Origin: Fonticula alba ATCC 38817
Taxonomy: Eukaryota > Protista > Nucleariida
Assembly: GCA_000388065.2 (NCBI GenBank)
Contig: KB932204.1
DNA: 40,350 nt
Strand: one strand, 5' to 3'
Position numbers and translations under genes: made by a program. Shown here piece by piece: positions 1-11,769 of this stretch. Under the pieces are notes generated by a model. It searched no databases, had not been told where the DNA came from, and saw nothing but the letters and a program-made list of their open reading frames with translations. Numbering within the stretch: position 1 is the first letter of the stretch; every line of letters begins with the position of its first letter.

Positions 1-1273
1 GGCAGATTTTTGCTGGCCGCCTTTTCGGGGGGGGGAGGGGGGTGCGAGGATGGTATCCCTCCCGGGCGGCAGACAAGGCAGAGCTGGTCGGTCGGTCGGT
101 CGGTTGGGTGGTCCCCGCCACGCAGCGAGTCCCTCCTTCATTCGGCCCGGTTCGCCGGCTCTACCATCTCTCTCCGGGACCGCCTGACTCCGCACCCCCG
201 TGGGCCTGTGGCCTCCGCCGCGGCGGGTGCCGGATGGGCTTCGGCTGTGCTTCTTCCCGGCTAGTGGCTGACCGCCTACAAAGTAGGGGCGCCCTGTCAG
301 GGGGCATGCGCGCGCAAGGGGCCATGTTGGGGAAGGTGGGGACGAGGGTGATCGCCTAACCAACAGGCGCGTTTGGTGGTACGCACCGTCCTACCGACTG
401 TGGCTCGCTCCGACCTGCCCCCCCCCCCCCGCCCCCCAATGCCTGCGCCCTCACCCGGGGGGATGGACAGAGTGCAGCAGGGACCGGCGCCCTCTGCACG
501 GGCCCCTCCCTGCGCCGCTGGCACTACCATTTCCCCGCCGGGCCTCTCTCTCTCTCTCCCTCTCGCGCGGGCTCGGGGGTGCGGCCGACGAAGGTTTCAG
601 GCCATCAGGGCAAATAACCGTCATGCGAAGTTCGTCGGCCGGGAGCTCGTCTGGCGTGCACGCACTTGTTCCAGGACCGTTTTCGCCAGTAACGGGGGTA
701 GGCACCCCCCTGGGCGCCGGTCTGGACTGGCGATCCCCCGGCCATACAGCCCCGGCGGCCGGGGCGGAAAACGGGGGTGCCAGGGAGAGGCCCGCTGGGG
801 CGCGGGCATTTGAGGACGGCCATTTTTCCCACAATCGTCCTGGGCATGTAAAGTCCCGCCCCGGGGCATCCAACGCCTTTCGTCGCGGTCCCCGCCCCCC
901 GCCCCCCGCCCCCCCCCCCGGGGCCAGTACGCCGGCCGGAACAGAGGCGGTCCGGGTCACCCCGGGCCAGTGGTCGAGGGGCACCTCGAGTGTTCGAGTG
1001 TGTGCGAGCCCCGCTCATGCATGAAGGGACACATCCCGACGAGGCTGTGGGGTCATCTGAACGTGGGGGGTGTCTCGAACGAGGGGGGGAGCGGGCGCCA
1101 ATGGTCACCGGGCCTGTGCTGGAAGTCCGAGCGAGGACGCCAAGAATATCGTCCCCAAATATGTCGGGACTTATATCGGGTTGGATAGTTTCCGGCGCCT
1201 CATTGGCTAGCATGCTCTTTCGCTGCCACTTGACGCCAGCCTGCTGAACCCCCGCGTTTCCGCTTGGGGGGGG

Positions 1274-1810
1274 NNNNNNNNNNNNNNNNNNNNNNNNNNN
1301 NNNNNNNNNNNNNNNNNNNNNNNNNNNNNNNNNNNNNNNNNNNNNNNNNNNNNNNNNNNNNNNNNNNNNNNNNNNNNNNNNNNNNNNNNNNNNNNNNNNN
1401 NNNNNNNNNNNNNNNNNNNNNNNNNNNNNNNNNNNNNNNNNNNNNNNNNNNNNNNNNNNNNNNNNNNNNNNNNNNNNNNNNNNNNNNNNNNNNNNNNNNN
1501 NNNNNNNNNNNNNNNNNNNNNNNNNNNNNNNNNNNNNNNNNNNNNNNNNNNNNNNNNNNNNNNNNNNNNNNNNNNNNNNNNNNNNNNNNNNNNNNNNNNN
1601 NNNNNNNNNNNNNNNNNNNNNNNNNNNNNNNNNNNNNNNNNNNNNNNNNNNNNNNNNNNNNNNNNNNNNNNNNNNNNNNNNNNNNNNNNNNNNNNNNNNN
1701 NNNNNNNNNNNNNNNNNNNNNNNNNNNNNNNNNNNNNNNNNNNNNNNNNNNNNNNNNNNNNNNNNNNNNNNNNNNNNNNNNNNNNNNNNNNNNNNNNNNN
1801 NNNNNNNNNN
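1274..1810. other. Assembly gap (other gaps: 3068-3763, 8078-8166, 13906-14027, 24329-24438, 34504-34658)
   Basis: Runs of N, most flanked by G/C homopolymers. All long X-containing ORFs in the track are artefacts of these gaps. Confidence 0.99.
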
Positions 1811-3880
1811 CGCCGCTACCTTGGTGCTGCCCTGGGGGGGGGGGGGATGCCCAAAAATGCCCCGCCGTACCCGCGGGTGCCAGCCCACCAGAGCGCCCCG
1901 GGCTGGCCTCCGCCCTTTCCCTCCTCCGGTCCTTGGGGATTCCCCCGGCCCCGGTTCCGGCCACCGGCTGGCGAAGAGGGGGGTGAGCGTGTGTGGCTCT
2001 GCTCCTTCAGGGGCGAGGGAATGGGCATGAGGCGTCGGGCGAACACTCGGGCGGGCGAGCAGTTCCGGTTGTTTCTCCCTCCTCAAGGGAACCTATTACC
2101 GCGGGGGGGGGGGGGGGGGTCGCTGTGCATTTTCCATTTCGAGTGTGCCTCTCTCCCTGACGCCCCCGCGCCCTCGCCCGCTCTGGTGTGACACCGCCGG
2201 AAAAAATGTCCCCGTCTGTTGGGCGGCCTGTTCGGGGCCGGGGCACAGAGAGGCACTCTCTGAAGGCGATCCCCCCTGCTCGGGGGACGCCCCAGCCTCT
2301 CCCAGCCCCTTCACCCGGGCCCGGGCGTGGCCGCGTGTCGGCGACATGGACCCCGGGGCAAGCCCACCGGCGCCGGCGCTCACGACCCTGGGTTTCATCC
2401 GCACCGGGCTGGGGTCCTGTTCCCACAGGGCGCAATAGCGTGAATTATTATTCGGCTCTGCCCCGGGGGCGCGGGGCGCCTGGTGCCAACCTTCCCCCCC
2501 CCCCTGCTGCCTGGCACGGGCGGAGGGGCGGCCCTTCGTGTCGGCCCCATCAATCCGGCTCCCCTGGGGCGCGCCCGTGCGGGCGTATATCGTGCATCGG
2601 CAAGGGGATCTTTGTCCGTCTCCTGGGCGGACATTGCCTCGGGCCCCTTCCTCCCCGCCCCCAGCTCCCCGCCCCCCCCCCCAGCCCCGACACAAGAGAT
2701 TGGGGCAATCCGTCTTGGCCCTCTCCTTACAGGCCCGGGCTCGACACCAGGCAGCCAGCAGCCAGGACTTGGACCGATGATTCGGACATTTGCCACGGGT
2801 GCCGGTGATCCGGGCTGACCTGGGAGACCGAGAACCTTGGCCGGAAAGCAGCCACGTCTTGCTTGCCCTGGGCCAGGTCCAGGTAGGTGGGGCTAGGATT
2901 GCGCCCTGATGCAAATGTGTTTCCTCCCTCATCGATCGCCGGGTTCCCGATGACGTTGCTTCCGGCTCCCGCTCTCTGCCTCTCTTTGGCCCGTCCTTGT
3001 CCGTTGCCCCCCACCCAAGAATTGGCCCCCCCCCCCCGCCTCGTGTCTTGCCCCTTTATTTGCATCTNNNNNNNNNNNNNNNNNNNNNNNNNNNNNNNNN
3101 NNNNNNNNNNNNNNNNNNNNNNNNNNNNNNNNNNNNNNNNNNNNNNNNNNNNNNNNNNNNNNNNNNNNNNNNNNNNNNNNNNNNNNNNNNNNNNNNNNNN
3201 NNNNNNNNNNNNNNNNNNNNNNNNNNNNNNNNNNNNNNNNNNNNNNNNNNNNNNNNNNNNNNNNNNNNNNNNNNNNNNNNNNNNNNNNNNNNNNNNNNNN
3301 NNNNNNNNNNNNNNNNNNNNNNNNNNNNNNNNNNNNNNNNNNNNNNNNNNNNNNNNNNNNNNNNNNNNNNNNNNNNNNNNNNNNNNNNNNNNNNNNNNNN
3401 NNNNNNNNNNNNNNNNNNNNNNNNNNNNNNNNNNNNNNNNNNNNNNNNNNNNNNNNNNNNNNNNNNNNNNNNNNNNNNNNNNNNNNNNNNNNNNNNNNNN
3501 NNNNNNNNNNNNNNNNNNNNNNNNNNNNNNNNNNNNNNNNNNNNNNNNNNNNNNNNNNNNNNNNNNNNNNNNNNNNNNNNNNNNNNNNNNNNNNNNNNNN
3601 NNNNNNNNNNNNNNNNNNNNNNNNNNNNNNNNNNNNNNNNNNNNNNNNNNNNNNNNNNNNNNNNNNNNNNNNNNNNNNNNNNNNNNNNNNNNNNNNNNNN
3701 NNNNNNNNNNNNNNNNNNNNNNNNNNNNNNNNNNNNNNNNNNNNNNNNNNNNNNNNNNNNNNNAAATAGGAAGAAGGAGTTGAAGAAGAGGAGAGCCTCT
3801 GCTGCCAGAATGGTACACTGGCCTTCTCCTCCCCAGCAGGCATCGGTCGGAGGAGGAGGAATCGGAGGCCACATTTTGAC

Positions 3881-5929
3881 CTACCCCATGTGGGTGATTT
3901 CGGCAAACCACGGATACTGAGCCCGGATGCGAGCAAAGTCCCGGTCATTGAGAACCTCGGGGATCTGGCCGGGCCCCCGGAGCTGGGCGCGCCAAGACCG
4001 AAGCGCCTTTTGGCAGTCCTATTCACACATACGCGAGCATTGTTCTCGGTCAATTGGCCGGCCTCTTTGACCAAAGAAGCAGGAGGCATCCACCGGATGC
4101 CCCCCGAGCCGGGAGGAGCAAAGAGGCAGAAGAAAGGAAAGCCGGCCTACGTACGTCATCCATGCGAAGCAGCGCAAAAGCCACACCCATGTTGTGGTAG
4201 GTATCCATATCGTGGTACTCCTTGAAGGGAATGGCGAAGGCCTTCTGGTAGGTGTCCAGGGCCTCTTGCAGAAGCTGAACCGACTGGGCACACGGCTGGC
4301 TGGTCGCAAGATCTGGGCAGCACACCTTGGCCTGCTGGAGGAGGACATCGCCAAGCTGGGATCGTTGAAAGGTAGGGCAGGACAGAGGCAAAGGATGTGA
4401 GGATGACATGCCTGCATGCGCAAACTCACACACTCACATACACACACAGCGACAAACGCGCGCGCTGGACAGGCTGCCAGACAACAGGCACGCGAGGGAA
4501 TGGAGGAGGACACATCGAGCAAAGGGCGCGAAATTAGGGACTTGTGGCTGTACCTTGGAAAAGATGTTCGGGTCGCGATTGTTCAGGGAGAGGGCTTTGC
4601 GGTAGTGCTCGACCGACTGCTGGAGCATGGCCTCCGAGCTGAGCCGGGCCGCGAGGGCCTGGGTGCACTGGCCGGCCGCGGCGGTGGCGGAAAGGTACTG
4701 CTTGACAGACTCCCCATGGCGGGAATCGGTGGCCACCGAGAAATAGATGTCCGCCAGATCGCAATGTGCCTGGAGCCGATCGTCACCGTCGCGATTGAAA
4801 ATGTCACCCAGGTGGTCGACAGCCTGCCCGACAAGACCGAGATCTGTTTGTGGGACAGGCATATGTGGGCAGCACCAATCGGCACAATGGGTAAGTACGA
4901 GGGGGAAAAGGCCCATTTTCGAGACGCCTGTTTGGGGAAGTGTCCGATCATGGGAACATACCGATGAGCGGCTCGCGCTCGTCGCGCGCGGCCGAGGCGC
5001 AGACCGCCGCACGGGCCAGCAGGATCCGATCTTGCGGACCGATGGGCGTCATGCTGGAGCACAGGCCCATGGCACGCTGGGTGTGGTTGTTCGCCAGGAG
5101 AAAGTACTCCTTGGCGGTCGAATGGTCTGGCGCCAGGGGAGCCGCCGCCACCAGGGCATCAGCCCGACCCAGCAGGCAGTCCACAATCTCGGCCACAGCA
5201 TCATTGAAGGTCGGCGCGTCGGGAGGACCCTCAACATCGAGCTGGCCACCGTGAGCCCGGTTATGGAGGGTCTCGGCCAGCTGCTCCAGGAACTCCTGCG
5301 ACCGGGCGTACAAAATCTCCGACTGGAGAAGACGCTGCAGGGCCGATTGGCGGAGTTGCATGAACCCCGGGCCTTGGGGCAACTCATGCTCCGACGCATC
5401 AACCTCCAACTGGGCCAGCTCGGCCAGCGAATGCGCGGCATTCTGCATCTCCCGGCAGTAGGACAGCGACCCGGGGGTGAAGGCCGGGTCGGCATCGATG
5501 CCGGTGACCGCACCGGCTGCCTGGAAGGCCGCGTCGAAGTTTTGCACCGTCGCAAGCAGCGCGCGACGCTGCTCCACGGGATCGGTCAGCTTGCGGGCCA
5601 GCCACATGCAACAGCGCGCCTTGCCGAAAAGGGCCTCCACATTCCGTGGGTTCTGTTCCAGAACTCGGACGAAGGCCGCGAAGGCCGAGCGCGAGGCATC
5701 CGCACCACTCTGGCCGTTGAGACGCTCGGCTGAGGGGAGGGGAGGGGGACCTTGTCAATGCCCTGGGTTCCACCCAAACCCAAGATCAAAGGAGTGAAGG
5801 AGAAGAAGGGAAATCCCCTGGCGTACCCTTGTCCTCGTGGTTGTAGGCGGCCTCCATGGCAGCCTCGAGATCGAAGACCTTCGGCTGGCTGGAGGACCTG
5901 CCACTCGGGCGACCAGACTTGGGAGGCAT
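3881..5929 (-). CDS. TPR-repeat protein (~490 aa), function unknown
   Basis: Inferred exons 5929-5827, 5729-4962, 4843-4554, 4355-4155, 4062-4033 and 3964-3881, all GT-AG, 1476 nt in total. TPR-like helices: AFAAFVRVLEQNPRNVEALFGKARCCMWL, LQQSVEHYRKALSLNNRDPNIFSKLGDVLLQQ and LQEALDTYQKAFAI..DMDTYHNMGVAFAL. The C-terminus is EVLNDRDFARIRAQYPWF. The exon 4/5 junction is ambiguous because two donors and two AGs are possible. Confidence 0.75.
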
Positions 5930-6611
5930 ACTTCCGGAGGGGAGGAGAAGAGGGGAGGGGCCTTGGCGAAAAAAAAGAAAGAAAGAAGGCCGACCACAAG
6001 CAGGCGAAAAGGGCGAAGGCTGGAGGGAGAGAGGGTGGGGGAGCGAATGGAGGGGGACTTGGAGAGACGCCCCACAGGCCTGGGACGGGGGGGGGGGGAA
6101 GGATCTGATGTAGGTGGAAAAAAGAAGAAGAAAAAAAGGGGGCCCGTAACTTGAGCCAGGGGGGCGGAGGAAGCGTGGCTGGCTCGTCGGCGGCCGGGTG
6201 GCCACTCGGCCCAGTGGACTTGTCCGCTGGCATCCGCCGGCGCCAGGGCGCCGCAACCCTACGCCGAGGGCGGGAAATTATTCTCGAAGATACCACATGA
6301 CCCTCTGAATTAAAGACATCTCGTCCCAAGTTAATGGCATGAAGGTCTGGCTACACGGGGGAAGGGGGCGACGGGTCGGGGAGACACTGCTCTTCTCGGC
6401 CGCCCCTTCCGCCTGTGTCAAGCCCGGTGGCGTCGATTGGCACGCCTGTTGGCCGGGGGCATCGGCCCGAAGAGTAGCTCGGCAGGCAAGGAGGAGCCCC
6501 ATGCACGCGGGAGGCCCGACGAGTGGAGGCACACACCATGTAGCCATGCCGGGGGGGGGGGGGGGGGGGGGGCACACAAAGGGGAGGCATGCAACAAGAA
6601 GGGGAGTGCGT

Positions 6612-9600
6612 CTATTCTTCCAGAGGGGCCAGGTGTGACAGTCGACGGTATTGCCACTCGCGAAGGCGAGCCTGCAGGGCGGCGCTCGGACTGAGCTCCA
6701 CATGGGGAAGGACCTGCAGGGTGATCGGCGAGACGATGCACTGGTAATCGAGCCACTCGCTGATGGACACCGAATCGTAGATGTGCCCATCGGCCGCGAC
6801 CACCGGGTCGGTCATGAACTTCCCTGAAATGGGGCAGATATACTGCCGGGGGTAGCCGGAGGTGGTGGGCGAGTCGGGCGCCAGGAGCTGGTCAATGACG
6901 GGGTCATGCTGCAAGGATGTCCCCCGGAGTCGGTCCGCTGGCCCGCTGGCAGAGCCGGCCGGGGCGGCGCCGGAAACAACGGAAGTCCCGCCGGGGGAGG
7001 GGGCGGCAGCGGCCGAAGCGGCCGGCGTGGCACTGGCCTTGCGTCCGGCCATGCCGGGCCCTATCGAGGGGGAGTTGCTGGCCGAATGCGGCGGGGTCTG
7101 GTGGTGTGAAGCGCCGGACCGGCCGCCGCTGCCACTGTGACCTGCCCCGCCGCCGCTGGCAGCGGGGACCGGCGGCCGAAGCCCCTCCTGGGACGGCCCG
7201 GCACGTGGGTCGCACACCGGCAGGGGGATCTTGAAGCGAGCCGTGTCACTGGTGGCTGACCGGTACATGGCCGACCGAAGGAGCAGATCCTCATACACGG
7301 CCTCCGGGTCGTGCTGATCCACCGGAGGGGTGTTGGTGATCTGGGAGTACTTGAGACTGAGCAGCGAGCGAGTGGGCTTGGAAGAGTCGGCCTCAAAATC
7401 GGAGAGAGCCTGGGGCAAGAGGGCAATCTCGGATTTCTTCTCCCCCATTGACAGGCGATAGGTGATGTTTTTGGACAGCTCATATGTCGACACAAAGAAC
7501 GGCGAGTAGAGGGGATAGTCGATGGCAGCCGCGTAGTTCCGGCGGAGGTAGCGCGAGATGAGCATCATCTGCGCCGGGTCCGAGAGGAGGCTCGTGTCAC
7601 CTGTCAAGTGGACGAGGCGCGGGTGGGGGAGGATGCAGACCCCGGAAGTGCGTCAAGATGGAGTGGGAGTCAGTGGCCAGAAGCCGGGCTGGGGTGGGGG
7701 GGGGGGGCATCTGACCCGAAGGCGAGGATGAGCGCGCACCGTAGCACTCGAAGGAGCGGATGGTGTAGTTGGATGCCAAAGCACGGGAAATGTACGTCGA
7801 GCCGCTATCGCCAAGGTCGACATTGTGAAGCTGGAGGACTTGCAAACGGGTGTTCTGGAGAATGATTCCGGCCAGATGCTGGGCCCCCTCATTGCCGAGC
7901 ACCTCATTGCAAATGTAAATGTGTTTGATGGATTGGTTATGCTCGAGGGCCTGCTGCAAGCCCTTCAGCGGCAGCAGCGGATGCCCGCTGTTGTCGCCGT
8001 AGAAGATATTCTCCACAGTGCGATTGCTCTCGAGCGCTCGGAAGATGAGGTACTGGCCAACCGGGGTGATGGCAGAGNNNNNNNNNNNNNNNNNNNNNNN
8101 NNNNNNNNNNNNNNNNNNNNNNNNNNNNNNNNNNNNNNNNNNNNNNNNNNNNNNNNNNNNNNNNNNGGTAGCGTGAGCAGGGGGCAAGGCAGCCGGGGCG
8201 GGGTGAAGCGGGGGAGGAGCCAGAGAGCGAAAGAGAGGGAGGGAAGAGCACAACCGGCAAGGAAGGGGAGGATGTTGGGCATGACACGCACAGCACAAGT
8301 TCAACGTGACGACCGTGGTGTTCAGCGACAGAGCCGACACCAGGAATGGCAAGCCATCTGTGGAAACATAGGTATCGGCGAAGCTGACAATCGGCTTGGA
8401 CAAAACCAAATCCCAGTCGGTTGTGGCGTCGAAGTCGCGCAGGTTGATGCTGATGAACATCTTCAAGCGGGCCGAGACATCCGGCTCGATGGCGGTCTTG
8501 TGGTGACTGAGGACAATCAACGAGCTGTTATACCGCGAGAGTGTGTGGATGAAGGACTCGGCCGCGCGGTTGGTGATGCCGGAGTTGTAATCCAGGTGAA
8601 GGTGTGACAGGGTGGAGTTGATGCGCAGCGACTTGGAGAAGGCCACCGCACCGACGTCGGTGATGAAGTTGGCTGGGGCGGGGGGTGGCAGGGGGGACCA
8701 GGAGAATGGTGCATAGAGGAGAGGGCACATTAGCTTTGGGGGGCGGGGGGGATCATAAACCGGAGCACAGAGAGAAGGATGTCACACGGGGCAACGCACA
8801 AAGCAGGTCGATCTCGGTCAGATGGCGGTTTCGAAGCAGGGCCGCCGACAAGCACACCGCCCCGTGGTCATCGATCAGGTTGCTGCAGAGAATCAGCTCA
8901 TTGAGATGGGTGTTGAAAATGAGGGCATCAGCCAGGACCTCGATGCTGGCCGAGGTCAGATTGTTGCCCTGGAGGGAGAGCTCCTTCAAGGAGCGGTTGG
9001 TGTAGAGAGCAATGGGGAAAACCTCGAAGTTCTGGTCGCCAATGTTGTTGTTGTTCAAGTGCAGCAGGCTGGGGACCGTGGTCGAGGGATTGTCCAGGTG
9101 CTGGACCAGGGCAATGATGCCAAGCTTCTGGGGATTGGTGTCGTTCAGGTAAAGCCGGAGGATGGACTGGTTGCAGGCCAGGGCGCCGGTCAGATAGCAG
9201 AACCCCGCCGGACCGATGTGGTTGCGATTGAGCGACAGGTCCGTGAGAGTGGAGTTGTTGCCCAACGCCGAGGATAGGGCGCAGATCCCCACGTGGCTGA
9301 TGTTGTTGTCTGCCAAGTTGAGAGAGAGAGAGAGAGAGAGGCGAGTCAGGAAAGCAAGTACCACCGAGGGTGCAAATTCCCGCAAAAAAAAAAAAAAGAG
9401 ACATCGGAGGAGATGCGTCAGCAGCGTACTGTCCAGCCGGAGGGTCTTCAGGCGCTTGTTCAGTTTGAGCCCACATCCGAGGATGGCCAGCCCAGAGTCA
9501 CCGATGTTGGTGCCTGTCAAGTCACAAGCAGGGTGTTAGAATGCGAGCACAATGCACGGCTGAGGTGGAGGCGGGGGGTGGGGGGGTGGGGGGACCGTAC

Positions 9601-10272
9601 CAATGAGTTCGAGAATTTCCAGCGGCGTGTTGCACTGGAGAACACACGACAGGAGAAAAGCCCCGGAATATCCAAACATGAAAAGACCGTCCAACTTGAG
9701 AGATGTGAGGGAAGACCGGAAGACCAGGGACCTTGTCAGGGCGAAAAAGCCGACGTGCGTCACGGTCGGGTCGGCTGAAAGGGGGGGGGGTGTCAGACTC
9801 TGCATGTGTTGCTGTGGCTCGGGGGAGGGGGGGGGAGAGAAGAAGGCATACCATGGAGGACCAAGCGCTCCATGTAGGGCGTGCGTCCCTGCTCGATCAG
9901 CTTTGAGATCAGGTGGTAGCCCTGGTCGCCGATTAGCTCGTCTGTTTGTCGAGGGGAAGGGCGGCATGGTCAGGACTTCGGCAACACACAACACGAGATG
10001 TCGGGTGCGGATGTGTGCGGATGTGTGTGCGCGCGCGCGCGTGCTTGACACGAGGGGGGCGAGGAGGGCAGGAGGGAGGGACGCAATGGGGAGAGGAGGT
10101 AAAGGGGGGGGGGGGGATCGAATGGAGGCTGCGCACCAACGCTGCAGACGCGGTCATTTTGGAGGCGATAGTAAAGACATTGGCGCGTTTTGGTGCCAGC
10201 TGCCTCTGCGTCGGCGGCGTCGTGGATAGCCTCTTGCCCCAGAGTCGTTATTGATCTTCGACCGGCCGCCAT
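6612..10272 (-). CDS. RNI-like (NLRC3/ribonuclease-inhibitor type) leucine-rich repeat protein with C-terminal U-box; putative E3 ubiquitin ligase (~900 aa)
   Basis: Inferred exons 10272-10137, 9941-9852, 9774-9601, 9513-9430, 9309-8800, 8672-8297, (start in gap 8078-8166)-7740 and 7600-6612. Repeated LxxLxLxxNxIxxxGxxxLxxxL units (LTDLSLNRNHIGPAG, LKELSLQGNNLTSAS, LNELILCSNLIDDHGAVCL, LQVLQLHNVDLGDSG) are followed by a Ser/Ala/Pro-rich linker and the U-box. The start codon is less certain. Confidence 0.85.
6642..6851 (-). other. U-box domain coding region
   Basis: PRQYICPISGKFMTDPVVAADGHIYDSVSISEWLDYQCIVSPITLQVL matches the U-box pattern (F/YxCPISxxxMxDPV...GHxYDxxxIxxW...SPxT). Confidence 0.9.
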
Positions 10273-11118
10273 GTGTCAGGGCGTGTCCTAGAGGCGAGGG
10301 GAACGGAGAGGGGAGCATGAGGAGGGAAGGTGTTAGTTGTAGAACAGGGGCAGACGCACATGGAGGACGGTGGTCAAAAGGAGACCAACCAATCGAACGG
10401 GTATGGGTCTCCGTGTGTTTGGTGGAAGAAAGGAAAAACCACACGTACCTCTGTGAGGAGGGAGGGGGGGGGGGGAGATGTGCTGATGCGTGAGGAGTCG
10501 ATGAAACGAGAAAGAGGTTGCCATGTTCGAATGAGGGCGCGCAAAGTTAGAGCGAGGCCAGCGTGTCCGGCAACATGGCACTTTGGATTTGCGCAGAGAG
10601 AGAGAGGGAGGAAAAGAGGAGGGCAGAGGAAGGGCGAAATATGTGGCACTCACGCCTCGGGACGGATGTGTTGGTTCCACTGAAGAGAGGAGGTGGGAGC
10701 AGAGCCAGGGAATGTGGTACTGGTGCTTTTTTCTTTGAAAGGGGCCGAGGAGGAGGACAGGCGCAAGTAGGGGAGGCAAAGAGCGGGCCGTTCGATGCGA
10801 GGGCAAGTGCTTACGCGGGATGCTGCTGTAAGCGCACGCACGCGCGGCGAATGCCAATACGGGTCAAGAGAGGGATGGAGAAGGGCGGGGACGAGGGCGA
10901 AGGCGAGGGCAGGAGGGGGGGGGGGGGAGAAGAGTGTGTGAAGTTGCGCTGTGACCCGAGTACCCTGCGCCCCTCCTGGCGGGTCCTCATGAAATGGGGT
11001 ACTTCGTTGGCACACAGAAGGGGGCCAGCACGCGCGTTCCCCGCGCCTGGGCACACGCTGGGCCGGAGGACCTCCCAGTGACTGGGATGCTCACCCCCAC
11101 CCTCTCACCCCCCCTGTG

Positions 11119-11184
11119 CCCTACCTCCGCCCTACCTCCGCCCCGCCTCCGCCCCACCTCCGGCCCACCTCCGGCCCACCTCCG
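11119..11184. repeat. Minisatellite, 6 x 11 bp (C/G)CC(T/C)(A/G)CCTCCG
   Basis: Units read directly: ccctacctccg x2, ccccgcctccg, ccccacctccg, gcccacctccg x2. Confidence 0.85.
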
Positions 11185-11769
11185 TCCGAGCGCCGTCCCC
11201 CCCCCCCTCCGCCCACCTGCAAGTCTATTCGCATCTTGGTGAGCAGACCCACGACGCAGGGCTGGGTCCGGCTCCTGCCCGATGTTCTGGCGCACTATTC
11301 CCGAACAGCCTCATCTTCCTCTGGGGTCTGTTACTCCCATGCCGTCTGGAACTGGGATGCAGCCGGCTGGGGCGTGCGTGGGCTGGGGGGGGGGGGGGAC
11401 TTCAACCACACTTTCCCTCGTCGTGTGCGTTGCCCTCTTTCCTGCGAGGGGGTCAGATTTCAGTTCCCGGTGGCGGCAATGGCGGAAATGTGTGACGAGT
11501 GCACGTGATCTCCGCCTTGCGATCTCTCCCTGAAACTTTTTCTCGGCTCCCCGCCGGCTGAGGATGACCGCAGGGGAGTTGTCAGCGAGTGTGCACATCC
11601 ACACACACACACGCCCGTATTTGTGCCGGCAACTCCGACCAGAGGGCCCCGCCTTGGAGGGACTACTCGTCTGCCACCTCCCCCTCTTCTGTTTCCAGTC
11701 ATAAATGAGATATATTTCGCTTCACAAGGTCAGGGGAGAGGGGGGGGGGGGGCGAAAAGGGAAGGTATT

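Noticed and set aside
356-384. CTAAC-CAACAG / 12-nt / GTACGC pattern resembling a microexon
   Set aside because: No flanking coding exons could be assembled, and the upstream 'intron' is G-rich on the sense strand, unlike the real introns here.
975-1015. GTTCGAGT resembling a tRNA T-loop (also GTTCGACA at ~16255)
   Set aside because: The flanks do not form a 5-bp T-stem, and no D-arm or acceptor stem was found.
2727-4089. Long ORFs spanning N runs
   Set aside because: Artefacts of assembly gaps translated as X.
6281-6289. TTCtcGAA in the TPR gene promoter
   Set aside because: Only two nGAAn units, which is expected by chance and is not a full HSE.
11119-11184. CRISPR-like or transposon interpretation of tandem repeats in the window
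   Set aside because: Units are contiguous without spacers, and no terminal inverted repeats, target-site duplications or transposase/RT ORFs were recognised.
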